From positions 96,001-160,000 of IMG/VR virus record IMGVR_UViG_3300020577_008610: a DNA stretch of 64,000 nucleotides; one strand, 5' to 3'. Every line of letters starts with the position of its first letter. The first letter of the stretch is position 1. A program made the translations under genes and the position numbers. The notes under the pieces are model-generated. The model saw nothing but the letters and a program-made list of their open reading frames with translations, did not search any database and was not told the origin of the DNA. Of the stretch, positions 19,617-29,731 are shown piece after piece. This DNA comes from a virus. Taxonomy: Duplodnaviria; Caudoviricetes.

Positions 19617-20087
19617 TCATGGATTCCCCAGGGTCATCTCAAGCAGTTCCTTTTCCCCAATACAGGCTGTCCCGTAGCTTTGGGCTTTCTCTGCTTTAGT
19701 GCTATAGCTATTTGGGCTTCTCATCACGAGGTAGGTGAGATTCTTGGTTACTCGGGGAGAATAAGTACCGCCGTGAAGCTCAACAAGAGCTTTATAGAAC
19801 TCACGAGTGTGTTTTAGAGCACCCGTGAAGCAAAAGCTCTTTCCCGAGAGCTTCTCTGATATTTCAGCCGCGATGTACTGTCGTTTGTCCACCACCCATG
19901 TCATTTCTCCGTGAATTATATGGAGGGTCCATTCAGACCCTCCGCCTACACAGAGTACAGCGGTGCCTGCCGGGATTGAGACCGATTGGTTTATGTGATA
20001 CCCGCTTTCTACTTTGTCAATGTTTACGGCATAGGCCGTATGCCTGTTCTTTGCTAGCAGAATCTTGCCCTTCATGCTCATCACCAA
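19617..20087 (-). CDS. SH3-like N-terminus fused to ligase-type BRCT domain
   Basis: LSGKSFCFTGAL..GG..VTKNLTYLV..STKAEKAQSYG. Confidence 0.8.
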   Translation of the reverse strand: MVMSMKGKILLAKNRHTAYAVNIDKVESGYHINQSVSIPAGTAVLCVGGGSEWTLHIIHGEMTWVVDKRQYIAAEISEKLSGKSFCFTGALKHTREFYKALVELHGGTYSPRVTKNLTYLVMRSPNSYSTKAEKAQSYGTACIGEKELLEMTLGNP

Positions 20088-20363
20088 TACGGTTTCGCCC
20101 TTCGTGGTTTTCCCAACCCGGAGCCTAACATATGTGTATTTTGTGTCAATGGTCCAATGTTAGTATGCCAAAATCGCACTTAACCTGTCGAACTTAGCTT
20201 ATAAACTATGGACAAATCATGTTGTCGCTTATGAGCGACGGATGACTTCATGATCTAAAGATCATACGTTTTGCACAATACAAATCGTTCGAAAGCTGTT
20301 GACAGCTCACGTGACATGATTTAATCACTAGTTCCATAAACAAATCCTGTTTGGGAGAATTTC

Positions 20364-21686
20364 ATGGAAACCAAGCTCGTTGGAAATAAGCCGTATCGTG
20401 AAGACACCAGCCTCTACGAGTTACAGCGAAAGTATACTCGTGGGAAAATCGAAGCACCGAAGTGGCAACGTGGGATTGACAAGTGGTCTCCTACGAAACG
20501 AGAACTTTACATCAAAAGCATTATCTTGAATGCTCAAAGCGATGATTTGACCGACCATTACATGCCCGGTCAGATTTTGCTTTACACCATGAAGGGCGTC
20601 AAGAACAGCAAGCTTTTTCTGAACGACGGTCTCCAAAGGATTTCGAATGCGGTTCGGGCTTATGAACGCCTGAGAAGCCAGTTTGGAGAAGACCTGGCTC
20701 AGGAGCTTCTGGAGAAAATCAAAGTGGTTACGACCACCTATGACTTGACGGACGATGAAGCCATCGACCAGTTCTGCAAAGTGAACCAAGGGACGCCTCT
20801 TACTGATGCTCAATTGAGCAATACCGTACTTGCCCAACACAACGAATACTTGGATTGGGTTCCTGCGATTGAGCAAATGCAAGAGTTGATCCGCAACGTG
20901 TGTGAAGCATCACACTTGTGCAAGGTCAGGGAAAATGGCAAGCTTTTGAAAGCCTACAATGATGATGACTTCCGTCGAGAAGTCATGTGTATGGCGTATC
21001 GCTGGCTTTCTGGCACTACCGAACGGAATCCAATCCAATTCCATCCCACGCATCTCCGTGGAGACTCCAAGATGTCCAGAGGACATCTTGTAGAAGAAGT
21101 CATGAAAAGGGTCATGGATAGCATGACTCCCCAAGAAGCGACAACAAAAATGCGGGAACTTCAAAAGGTTCTGGAGAACCGTATGCCAGTTTGGCGTAGT
21201 GAACTGACTAGGGTTACCGGTCCAACCCAAGGCCTTAATCCGGCAGTGAACAAGCTGCTGATCTTGAGCACTATTCAGTTCGAAAATGCAAAGGTGCCGG
21301 TTGGCATGCAAAATGAGTGGTGCAAGGCATTAATTCGCCATGTCAAACAGCACAGTGCCTTGCGGGTCAAAAATAACAAAGGCGAGGAAAACAATACCAA
21401 CATGCGTTCTCGGGATTTGGCTGACCTGCATCGAGCAGAGATTTCAGTCAAACAGTATGAGTTTCTCATGCCGTGTGATCCCAACGCGCCCGCACCTGAG
21501 TTGAAGGGGCGCTTGAAGAAGAAGAGTACCTCGGTTAGAGGGTATGATTCCTCTCACAAAACCCCTATCAGCATGAGCAACCATGATGATGGAGATGTGT
21601 TCGCCGAACCTTCTTCTGAAAATCGAGTTCGAGGTAACAAGCCGGTCAAAAAAGAACGAAAACCCTCGGTCCCAAGAGTTTCTTGA
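20364..21686 (+). CDS. DUF262 (ParB-like, GmrS-type) protein with possible C-terminal HNH
   Basis: PKWQR..W, LNDGLQR; C-terminal DSSHKTP..ENRVRGNK. Confidence 0.7.
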   Translation: METKLVGNKPYREDTSLYELQRKYTRGKIEAPKWQRGIDKWSPTKRELYIKSIILNAQSDDLTDHYMPGQILLYTMKGVKNSKLFLNDGLQRISNAVRAYERLRSQFGEDLAQELLEKIKVVTTTYDLTDDEAIDQFCKVNQGTPLTDAQLSNTVLAQHNEYLDWVPAIEQMQELIRNVCEASHLCKVRENGKLLKAYNDDDFRREVMCMAYRWLSGTTERNPIQFHPTHLRGDSKMSRGHLVEEVMKRVMDSMTPQEATTKMRELQKVLENRMPVWRSELTRVTGPTQGLNPAVNKLLILSTIQFENAKVPVGMQNEWCKALIRHVKQHSALRVKNNKGEENNTNMRSRDLADLHRAEISVKQYEFLMPCDPNAPAPELKGRLKKKSTSVRGYDSSHKTPISMSNHDDGDVFAEPSSENRVRGNKPVKKERKPSVPRVS

Positions 21687-21774
21687 CATCTCAGGTTTCC
21701 GGATTATCTTCCGGAACATAAGCACTCAAGAGCTATATTGCTCTGCTTTTGAACCGCAAGAAGTAAAGGGTCAA

Positions 21775-22041
21775 ATGGGAACCGTAGAGAAAACAGAAGA
21801 CAAGTCTTTCGAACTTAACATCAAATACTGTCATCTTCCAGGATTCGTGGTCAACACCATGTGTCCGAAGTGCCAGAAACCCACACAAAGCGATTTGGGA
21901 GAGGATTTCCTTTCCTATCCAACGGTTGGAGAGCCTGCAACCGTGTACTTTGTCTGTGATGAGCCGTGCTTCATGGAGTGGCAAGAGCATGTCATCCTCC
22001 GGGTTTCTCTGGAGATGGCTCCAAATTCTTCTTCGAAGTAA
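21775..22041 (+). CDS. Zn-ribbon hypothetical protein
   Basis: CPKC..CDEPC. Confidence 0.6.
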   Translation: MGTVEKTEDKSFELNIKYCHLPGFVVNTMCPKCQKPTQSDLGEDFLSYPTVGEPATVYFVCDEPCFMEWQEHVILRVSLEMAPNSSSK

Positions 22042-22069
22042 TTGACGGGTCTGTTTTCATGTTTATCCT
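22042..22069 (+). promoter_or_regulatory. Sigma70-type promoter, possibly leaderless
   Basis: TTGACG-N16-TATCCT, with ATG 7 nt after the -10 and no RBS; similar TTGACG elements near 23129, 45755, 54075(-), 63023(-). Confidence 0.6.
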
Positions 22070-22076
22070 ATCAGGC

Positions 22077-22610
22077 ATGAAGACGCTCACCGAAACCGAA
22101 CTCCAGGCTCTCCTGGCTGACTACAACGGCTTCGTCTCCATCACCACGGCAACCTCTGCCAAGCTCAACAAGAAGAACCGTGAGACGAAGGCTCTCTGCC
22201 CCTTTGTCAACGTGGTTCATACGGCTATCCGTATGGGTCTCGTGGGGGCTTCGTACGAGAACGCCGTGAACAACCGGCGTGAGGCTGAGGACCACCCCCA
22301 GGCCGGTGAGTTCAAGGCTGAGAGCCTGTGGAACGGTGCTGGGGAGCATATCTCGAAGTCCTTGTGCCGCCACCGTGGGACCGGCAAGGTCTATATGGTA
22401 TTCTACCCCCGGAAGGACTCTGTGATTTCGGATACCTGGACTGCGGATGGGCAGGAAGTTGACGTGGCTTCTCTGGCCCCTTACCTTCCTCCCGTCTCGG
22501 AGGGCAGCAAGCGTCAGGAGTGTGAGACTCCGGTTCCGTGGCGTACCATCGGCCTGGACAGCATCGTTTCCGTCACCCTCCGTGGTGAGACCTTCGTGGT
22601 GGCCCGGTAA
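22077..22610 (+). CDS. Hypothetical protein
   Basis: Strong codon bias; own promoter. Confidence 0.75.
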   Translation: MKTLTETELQALLADYNGFVSITTATSAKLNKKNRETKALCPFVNVVHTAIRMGLVGASYENAVNNRREAEDHPQAGEFKAESLWNGAGEHISKSLCRHRGTGKVYMVFYPRKDSVISDTWTADGQEVDVASLAPYLPPVSEGSKRQECETPVPWRTIGLDSIVSVTLRGETFVVAR

Positions 22611-22780
22611 GGGCCTCAGAAAGTAGGACTGAAGATGTGGACTCCCAAGGTTCGTCTGTTCATCCACAACGCCCGGATGTGGTGGGGTGGTCTCAGTGAG
22701 GTGTGGGGACGTGGATATTCCTGGGAATACCGGGAATATCGGTTCCGAGAGGCTTTCGGAATCCTCCCTCCGGAAGACCG

Positions 22781-23101
22781 ATGAGGGTCCTTCGTCTGGA
22801 CATTGGTGAACTTCCCGAACCAGGGAAGTTTTACCTCTGCAAGAACCACGAACTCAAGGTCTATAAGGACTTGCATGTCCTGGAGGAAGAACACGGGGAG
22901 GAAGATGAGCCTCCGGTTTGTGGTGTCATTCCCAAGGGACAGCTCTTCCTGTATGCCAAGGTGGCTCGCGAACAGAGAATCCCAGGCCAAATCAAGAAGG
23001 TCTGGTTCTATGTGGCCTTCGGGGAAATGTCCGGAATCATCTACAACGGACAGATTCCTTTTCATCAGCTTCTGCTGAAAGTACAGGAAGATGAGGGATG
23101 A
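22781..23101 (+). CDS. SH3-like family protein
   Basis: PEPGKFY..GVIPKGQLFLY..WFYVAFGEMSGII. Confidence 0.65.
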   Translation: MRVLRLDIGELPEPGKFYLCKNHELKVYKDLHVLEEEHGEEDEPPVCGVIPKGQLFLYAKVAREQRIPGQIKKVWFYVAFGEMSGIIYNGQIPFHQLLLKVQEDEG

Positions 23102-23179
23102 GCAAAAACCACATAATCCGCAAGGGTCTTGACGGATAGTCTAATGGTGTCCATTCTCTTTCTCAGAACGGAGCTGCGC

Positions 23180-23401
23180 ATGAAGACCACGCTGGCCATT
23201 GCAAATGTCCCTGTTTGCCGCCACTATACCAACAAAACCGTCCTCATGACGGTTGTTCGTGCCACCAAGACCCTGCTCATCCTAGAGGATGAGACTGGGA
23301 TGCAGATTCGTATTAGTCGTGATTACGGAGCAGACCATCCTGTCAAGTGCTGCTACTCGGTTACTCCCAAGGCTCTTCAGGCGATTCTCGCCCAAATTTG
23401 A
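23180..23401 (+). CDS. Hypothetical protein
   Basis: GGAG RBS; TTGACG promoter. Confidence 0.6.
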   Translation: MKTTLAIANVPVCRHYTNKTVLMTVVRATKTLLILEDETGMQIRISRDYGADHPVKCCYSVTPKALQAILAQI

Positions 23402-23461
23402 AAAAAGTCTTGACGGACAAATGGCTCTGGTTTTCTTCAGAAATAGAAGGAGAGAAAAGTA

Positions 23462-23785
23462 ATGGAAATTATTATTCTGAATTCTGATGTCCTTGCCTTG
23501 CTCTGTAAGGCTAAGGGCAAGTGGGGCATGATGATTTCATTCGAAGAATATCCGATGGAGGAGCTTCTTCAGGCTGCTCCATACCTTGCTCGGAAGGAGT
23601 TCCGAGTAATGTCCGTGTGTGGGCGTGGGTTCATCTTCACGGACACCAGTGAAGAGTTGTACGCCCTCTACAACCAGACTGTGGGGGATGATGGCCCCAC
23701 GTTTGAGAACCCCTACAATGGCCCTGCCAGGGTCTACGCTATTACCTGCAACCCAGAAGGGGAGCTCCTGACAGAAAACACGTGA
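23462..23785 (+). CDS. Hypothetical protein
   Basis: AGGAG RBS. Confidence 0.65.
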   Translation: MEIIILNSDVLALLCKAKGKWGMMISFEEYPMEELLQAAPYLARKEFRVMSVCGRGFIFTDTSEELYALYNQTVGDDGPTFENPYNGPARVYAITCNPEGELLTENT

Positions 23786-24016
23786 ACCATGACCAAGGAC
23801 CTAAAGGCAGGCCAACGAGTCAAGAAGTGGTTTAACTCCGACCACTTCCAAGAAGGTCTTTGCATGTCCGGCAACAAGTTCGCCAAAATCCTGTGGGATG
23901 ACGGGGTTGTGGATGATGAACTTGCCCAGGACTTGGAGCCTATCTGAACAAAATCTGAAAACCCCCCTTGATCCTGCCGGAGCTGACTTTATCTTGTTCT
24001 CTGCAAGGAGCAACGA

Positions 24017-24469
24017 ATGAAGTTTTTTACCGTTACTGCCATCAAGCGCTTCCCCTTGGCAGGCTGGACCACGGTCCAGGAAGGTCAGACGCTCAGCGTA
24101 GCCAAATGGAACGAACTCTTCGTTCTGGCAACTCCCAGGGGATCTTTTGCCATCCTCACTGCCGAGCAGTGCCAGGAACGGGTGAAGACCGTCCGTGATA
24201 GTAACGGCAAGCCAGTCCCTGCGCAGGGTACTCCTGCCATCACCGGCAAGGAAGTGCAGTTCACCTGGAGGGTGGAAGCCGGTCACACCTGTCCCGATGG
24301 TTGCTGCGGGGAAGATGCTCCCCGGTTCGAAAAGACATGTGGCAGCAAGGAAGAAGCCATAGAACTGGCGAAGAAGCTGGAGAATGGCGATTTCAAGGGT
24401 GCTCTGGCTTTCGTCCGGGTGATGGGACCGGCCTTTTACCAGAAACACTGGAACCGTCCTGCAATGTGA
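24017..24469 (+). CDS. Hypothetical protein
   Basis: AGGAG RBS; terminator downstream. Confidence 0.7.
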   Translation: MKFFTVTAIKRFPLAGWTTVQEGQTLSVAKWNELFVLATPRGSFAILTAEQCQERVKTVRDSNGKPVPAQGTPAITGKEVQFTWRVEAGHTCPDGCCGEDAPRFEKTCGSKEEAIELAKKLENGDFKGALAFVRVMGPAFYQKHWNRPAM

Positions 24470-24485
24470 TAGTAGCAAGGGGCAT

Positions 24486-24522
24486 AAGAGGGGCTCTAGG
24501 AGACAATCCTAGAGCCTCTTTT
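24486..24522 (+). terminator. Intrinsic terminator
   Basis: GGCTCTAGGA/TCCTAGAGCC hairpin plus T-run. Confidence 0.75.
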
Positions 24523-24691
24523 TCATTGGGTGGCCCGAAGGCCATCCCAAGGGGTTTGGGGGCTCAGAAGGGCGTACAGAGCGATTATGAAGGTGCCTTA
24601 TGCATTTCCCCACAAGTTGTCGGTTTCTGAGAAATGGCTGTATGGTAGTGTGACGTACCAGCTTAAGGTTTTTCACCTTGGGCTATTATCT

Positions 24692-24715
24692 CAAAAGCGT
24701 GGAGGATAACCAAGA
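24692..24715 (-). repeat. Dispersed intergenic 24-mer, copy 2 (inverted)
   Basis: Exact reverse complement of 14487-14510. Confidence 0.8.
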
Positions 24716-24803
24716 AGGAGAGAGGGGAGGGGGGATAAATAGGGAGAGAAGGTGGTCCAGAAGTTGGCAGAGATCTTTGAGTTGGTGAGGAAACCTAGAA
24801 CAC

Positions 24804-25025
24804 ATGAAAATTCAATTTGTCCAGGTTGGAAACGGTTGGGAAATCCGGGAGATGTATGGAAGGTTCACCTACCAGATTCGGGGACAGATTCGACTTGTGA
24901 CAATGGATGGAAGTGTGTGGTGGAAGGTGGAGTTTTACACAGGAGAGAGTTGGTATGCGGATATCCAGGACATTCTGCTGTTGTTTGACCTTTCGGAGAT
25001 GTACCTTTCAGCCCCATCTGGATGA
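24804..25025 (+). CDS. Hypothetical protein
   Basis: 73-aa ORF. Confidence 0.5.
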   Translation: MKIQFVQVGNGWEIREMYGRFTYQIRGQIRLVTMDGSVWWKVEFYTGESWYADIQDILLLFDLSEMYLSAPSG

Positions 25026-25108
25026 TAACGGTCCTGCGAATTCAAAGGGAAGTCTATTCTTTTGGCCTACCCATTGATTCTTTCCCTGGAGCTGTTACTA
25101 TTGGCAAC

Positions 25109-25300
25109 ATGAACACCGAGACGAACAATATGGTTGCTGATCTCTCCATTTCTCTTGCCGGAGAACTTCTCGATCCGGAGGAAATGATGAGGGATGATGA
25201 AGTCCTGGCTTCGGACTCCGAATTCGGCACTTGGCTGGACAGCCGCCAGGAGGAAGCCCTGGCCCACCAGATGGCAGCAGAGGATGACCTCTGCTTCTAA
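25109..25300 (+). CDS. Small acidic hypothetical protein
   Basis: ORF followed by a terminator. Confidence 0.55.
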   Translation: MNTETNNMVADLSISLAGELLDPEEMMRDDEVLASDSEFGTWLDSRQEEALAHQMAAEDDLCF

Positions 25301-25309
25301 CAACGACCT

Positions 25310-25358
25310 GAAGGCTCACCAGAGAGAAGCGAGGTCTCTGGTGAGCTTTCTTCTTTCT
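25310..25358 (+). terminator. Intrinsic terminator
   Basis: GCTCACCAGAGA/TCTCTGGTGAGC hairpin plus T-rich tail. Confidence 0.75.
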
Positions 25359-25775
25359 GGTGTGCACCCTATCCCTTTCAATTGAGTTGTGGTATACTTA
25401 GAAACGGAACTCCCGGTTGTGCCACAACCAAAAGACAAAGCCAAGGCTTTTGTCGCCTTGGCTACCGGGATAAGGTTCGTGAGTGACCGAGAGCAGGAAT
25501 ACTCACGTGAGGTACAGACGGACGCCAAGAGCAGAAAGTCCATGGCCGTGAGAGATGTTTGATGGTTTCTCATCTCTTTTCGGTTGGGGTTCCGGAACCC
25601 AAAGACCATCTCTCGCCCTGGGGGTAAAGGGTAGTCCAGATAAGTGAGCCCAAGCTTCCTGGAACTTGCAACTTGTGGTCTCGGTGTGGTTCAGAGGTTG
25701 CATGTGTGTTTCTTGATTGAAGGTTCTGGAATACCTCTTGAATCGCTTGGTTGGGATCCGTCAATTCCCAACACC

Positions 25776-25847
25776 CTCTCTGTAGTTGAACGGATACAAC
25801 GCGGCTCTCCTAAAGCTGAGATTCGGGTTCGATTCCCGACAGGGAGA
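25776..25847 (+). tRNA. tRNA-Arg(CCT)
   Basis: Full cloverleaf, loop CT-CCT-AA. Confidence 0.9.
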
Positions 25848-25928
25848 CTACATTTCAGATGACTGAAAGACGAACTTTCTCCTAAGAAGTCAGTTTTTCT
25901 GCTATCCTAAGCCAAGGAAATAATTTCA

Positions 25929-26798
25929 ATGACACACAGGATTGCTTGGTTAACCGACATTCACCTTGACTGGCTCACGGAGTTCGTCCATGAGCCTGGA
26001 GGCGGGATGACGAGCACAGGAAGAGTGCTATCTGAGTCACAGGTAGCAAGCTTCTGCCGCAAGGTAATGGCCCAGAAGCCTGATTCTGTCGTCATCACAG
26101 GGGACATCTCAACGGCTGAGGGACTCGAAGTCCACCTGATGTGGCTTGAAAAGTACCTTCCCGGCATCCCGGTCTATTTCGTCCTAGGGAATCATGATTA
26201 CTACAACGGTTCTATCAATGTCGTTCGGGCCTCCATTGCAAAGTACGATGGCACAAAAACTAGGACTCAGTGGCTCAATGTTTCGGGGATTGTGAAGCTT
26301 ACCGAGAAGACGGCTTTGGTTGGTCATGATGGCTGGTACGATGGCGGCTATTCTGATTGGTTCAAGAGTAAGCTCGTCATGACCGAGTACATTCTCACGT
26401 CTGATTTTCGGTTTCAACCACCGGCACTTCAACATCGAAGGCTTGTTGAGCTGGCTACACAGTGTGGGCATCACATCGACCGGTATGTGCAAGAGGCAGC
26501 CTCCAACGGCTTTCAGCATGTTTTGTTCGCAACCCACGTTCCACCTTTCCGAGAAAACTCCAGGGCTCCTGACCATAGCCTTAGCAACAAAGACTGGCTT
26601 CCAAACATGGCCTCCAAGATCGCAGGCGATGCCCTTCTGAAGGTTGCTGAGACTTATCCTGGAGTTAAGTTCACCTGTCTCTCAGGACATACCCACACCC
26701 GATGGGAACAGGACTATAGACACAACTTGACGTGCATGACCGGACAGGCACAATATGGCTCTCCGGAGGTTTCTATCCGGGTTTTGGAGGTTGAATAG
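25929..26798 (+). CDS. Calcineurin-like metallophosphoesterase (Icc/CpdA-like)
   Basis: TDIHL, TGDI, GNHD, THVPP, GHTH. Confidence 0.9.
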   Translation: MTHRIAWLTDIHLDWLTEFVHEPGGGMTSTGRVLSESQVASFCRKVMAQKPDSVVITGDISTAEGLEVHLMWLEKYLPGIPVYFVLGNHDYYNGSINVVRASIAKYDGTKTRTQWLNVSGIVKLTEKTALVGHDGWYDGGYSDWFKSKLVMTEYILTSDFRFQPPALQHRRLVELATQCGHHIDRYVQEAASNGFQHVLFATHVPPFRENSRAPDHSLSNKDWLPNMASKIAGDALLKVAETYPGVKFTCLSGHTHTRWEQDYRHNLTCMTGQAQYGSPEVSIRVLEVE

Positions 26799-26827
26799 TA
26801 TAGTTAGATGGGACCGGAGGTGGTCCT

Positions 26828-27472
26828 ATGTTGATTTACTATGATGGCAACTCTAACAAATCTGGGATATACGAGATTCGGAATAGGCATACGAATCGGT
26901 CGTATATTGGCCAAACGAACAACTTCAAGAAGCGTGTGGCTCATCACAGGTGTTCGTTGTTGAGGAATTCGGGGTGCAATGCCTACTTCCTGAATGACTT
27001 CAAAAAGTGCCATCAAGAGCTTGGACATACTAGCTTTTTGGAGTTCCATGTAATTGAAACCATGGAAGGGTCAACCAAGGAAGATAGAAACAAACGAGAA
27101 GACTTCTGGATCAAGAAAGCAAGGAAGATTTATGGCCGTAAAAACGTCTACAACTTCATTACCAGCAACCAAACCCAATGCTACTCTCGGACTCCCGAGG
27201 ATACCTTCAAACGGCTCTCAAACCGACCCAAGCGGTTTGGGCAGAAGAATCCAATGTATGGCAAGCTTGGACTTGCCAACCCTATGGGAAAAGTGTATCA
27301 AGTACAGCTCCAGGCTCCGGATGGCCAGATTCATGGGCCAATAGAGGGCTTACGGGTGTTTTGTCGAAAACATGGCTTAGTTGCAACCAAACTATGTGCT
27401 GTCATCAAAGGCAGAAGAAAGAGTCACCTCGGATGGAAGTTGGTAGGGAACAGGACTATACACCCAACTTGA
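26828..27472 (+). CDS. GIY-YIG homing endonuclease
   Basis: SGIYEI..SYIGQT..R; NPMYGK; FCRKHGL..GRRKSHLGW. Confidence 0.92.
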   Translation: MLIYYDGNSNKSGIYEIRNRHTNRSYIGQTNNFKKRVAHHRCSLLRNSGCNAYFLNDFKKCHQELGHTSFLEFHVIETMEGSTKEDRNKREDFWIKKARKIYGRKNVYNFITSNQTQCYSRTPEDTFKRLSNRPKRFGQKNPMYGKLGLANPMGKVYQVQLQAPDGQIHGPIEGLRVFCRKHGLVATKLCAVIKGRRKSHLGWKLVGNRTIHPT

Positions 27473-27540
27473 CTTGTTTCACCGGCCATGCCAAGTACGG
27501 AGAACCCATCTCATCCCTTCGCATTATTGAAGTGAATTAG
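27446..27540 (+). pseudogene. Stranded duplicate 3' end of the metallophosphoesterase gene
   Basis: EQDYTPNLTCFTGHAKYGEP..RIIEVN* vs EQDYRHNLTCMTGQAQYGSP..RVLEVE*. Confidence 0.85.
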
Positions 27541-27709
27541 TCGCTGACCAGAATTCGGTAGAATCCTCTTTCAGGAGCTGTTATACTATTTCATAGCTAG
27601 CAAAGATAACTTCCTGTCTCCAAAGTGAAACGGTTTGGGTTCAATTCCTCGTAAAATTGGAATCTTTCTCACAGTTCAGTTTCAAACACAAACAAGAGCA
27701 AAACAAGCA

Positions 27710-27943
27710 ATGACCACTCTAAAAGAAGCAGTCGATTCATTTCAAGCCAAGTACAGCCAACATCCCATCTGGAAGAGCATCTGGTCGGTAGGAGCGGATG
27801 AGGCCTATGGGGTCATCCACGTTTACACAGCAAATGCCAAAATTTGGGTGGACTTGCCTAGCAAGCATGAGGGATTTTCTGTTAAGATGAATGTGGTTCG
27901 TAAGCCACGACCAGCAGCATCGAAGTACCAAGCCGGAACCTAA
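27710..27943 (+). CDS. Hypothetical protein
   Basis: Coupled to next ORF (TAATG). Confidence 0.6.
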   Translation: MTTLKEAVDSFQAKYSQHPIWKSIWSVGADEAYGVIHVYTANAKIWVDLPSKHEGFSVKMNVVRKPRPAASKYQAGT

Positions 27944-28167
27944 TGTCCTGGAATTACCGCGTAATTCGCTTCTGTGATTTAACCACAGGAGATTGTACCT
28001 ATGCTGTTCATGAGGTTTACTACGACAAATGTGGTAAGCCCACCTCTTGCTCTGAGTCTCCCAGTGCTCCATTGGGAGAGACTCCACAGGAGCTGAAGAG
28101 ATGCCTTAAGCTTATGGCATTTGCCTTCAAGAAGCCCATCCTAGATTTCGAGGACTTCTCTCCATAA
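27943..28167 (+). CDS. Conserved small phage protein (WNYRV..HEVYY type)
   Basis: MSWNYRVI..VHEVYYD..GKP. Confidence 0.7.
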   Translation: MSWNYRVIRFCDLTTGDCTYAVHEVYYDKCGKPTSCSESPSAPLGETPQELKRCLKLMAFAFKKPILDFEDFSP

Positions 28168-28321
28168 TTCCTTCAATTTCTACTCTTCATTGGGCTATCA
28201 TTCACTGGCCGTTCGACAACGATGACAGTTCAAATGGGGAACCCAAGTCTTGGGTTGTTTGGCGGCTTGACTTCTTCAGGAGTCAAAGAAAGCTACCTGG
28301 AGCGGAACAAGGAACTTGCCG

Positions 28322-28660
28322 ATGCCCTTCTACAAAGTTATCCCGGATTCAGGTGCAACGGCCTTGAAGCCAATCCTGGTTGACCGCAAAGAAACCACAG
28401 GAGGCAAGAAATATCACTCAAACTTCGAGCTGGAAGGGCAGAACAAAGCCAAGTTCCAAATTGCTCGCATTCACAGCATTCCTCAAGGAACCATGGGTCT
28501 TTACCTGGGAACTGACTTCTCTTACAGGATTGGCCATCCGGAAGACAAAATCCCGATGATTGAATTGCTTGTTGGGGAAGAGCGGTTGTATTTCTATGCT
28601 GCCCATGTTAGGCTTGTCACACCCGAAGAAATTGAATCCTTGAAGGAAGAACCGAAATGA
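28322..28660 (+). CDS. SH3-like family protein
   Basis: IPQGTMGLYLG..ELLVGEERLY. Confidence 0.55.
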   Translation: MPFYKVIPDSGATALKPILVDRKETTGGKKYHSNFELEGQNKAKFQIARIHSIPQGTMGLYLGTDFSYRIGHPEDKIPMIELLVGEERLYFYAAHVRLVTPEEIESLKEEPK

Positions 28661-29268
28661 ATTTGGATAAAGCTCTAGAGCAGATGGTCATTATTGACCT
28701 TGAAGCCACATGTGATAAGCCAATGCCGTTCTGGCAGAGCGAAATCATTCAGGTTGGAGTTTGCCTTTTGAATCTTCAATCACTGAAAATCACGAAGTCA
28801 CGTCAAATTCTGGTGAAGCCAGAAAGAACTCCTATCACAGGTTTCTGCACTACCCTTACCGGCATCACTCCGGAACTGGTGGCACGAGAAGGGGTCACTC
28901 TGGCTGAGGCCATGAGAATCCTGGAGAAAGAGTACAAGCTGGATGAGAGAACCTGGGCTACCTGGGGCGATTATGAGCTGAAGATGTTGGAGACAGACTG
29001 CGAAGCAAAGAGAATTACCTCCCCAGGTCGCATCCAAAATCACATTAACCTGAAACGACTTCTAGCCGTGGAACTCGGTCTTCTATGGGAGGATGATTTG
29101 GATGCTGCTCTAGCTCGATTCAGACTGAACTTTGAAGATCTTCACCCCCAAGAGATAGATGCTGTTGACATCGCCCAAATCTACCAGAAGCACCTGACAA
29201 AAGTCAGGGCTTGCGAACCATCCTGTGGAGAACCCGGTTTGTGGCCTCTCAAAGGTTGGGACCTGTGA
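28657..29268 (+). CDS. DEDDh 3'-5' exonuclease (ERI1/KapD-like)
   Basis: IIDLEATC, EIIQVG, FCTTLTGIT, TWGDY; Exo II/III motifs partly degenerate. Confidence 0.85.
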   Translation: MNLDKALEQMVIIDLEATCDKPMPFWQSEIIQVGVCLLNLQSLKITKSRQILVKPERTPITGFCTTLTGITPELVAREGVTLAEAMRILEKEYKLDERTWATWGDYELKMLETDCEAKRITSPGRIQNHINLKRLLAVELGLLWEDDLDAALARFRLNFEDLHPQEIDAVDIAQIYQKHLTKVRACEPSCGEPGLWPLKGWDL

Positions 29269-29323
29269 TGGAAGATGTCTTTGATTGGCCTTGGAGTCAA
29301 TCAAGGCTGGTTATGCTCTTTCC

Positions 29324-29731
29324 ATGTCAACTGCCTCAATTAAGCATGAAAGCGGCAACTCCATGAGCAATACCTTCGTTGAGATGGCCTCGAAATACAA
29401 GAAGGACCTTCAGTCCCACCTGCGGGCACAAGTTGAGGAGTTCGCCAAGGAAAATCCAAAGTATTGTGGGATTCAGTGGGATCAGTACACTCCGTCTTTC
29501 AACGACGGTGAACCCTGCTATGCCACCATGTCTGACCTTCGACTTCTTCTCGTTGACGAGGAAGAGGGAGATGGTTACATTGATGCCTACGAGTTCGATA
29601 GTTTCACTCCCGAAGGCCAAATCAACGAGTTAATTTCTGACAGCATTGGCCTGATGACTTGGCTGTTCGAGGATGACAAGACCATCACAATCACAGCCTC
29701 CACTGTGACCACAGAGGATTACAGAGAATGA
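29324..29731 (+). CDS. Hypothetical protein, paralog of next gene
   Basis: WDQYTPSFNDGEPC. Confidence 0.7.
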   Translation: MSTASIKHESGNSMSNTFVEMASKYKKDLQSHLRAQVEEFAKENPKYCGIQWDQYTPSFNDGEPCYATMSDLRLLLVDEEEGDGYIDAYEFDSFTPEGQINELISDSIGLMTWLFEDDKTITITASTVTTEDYRE

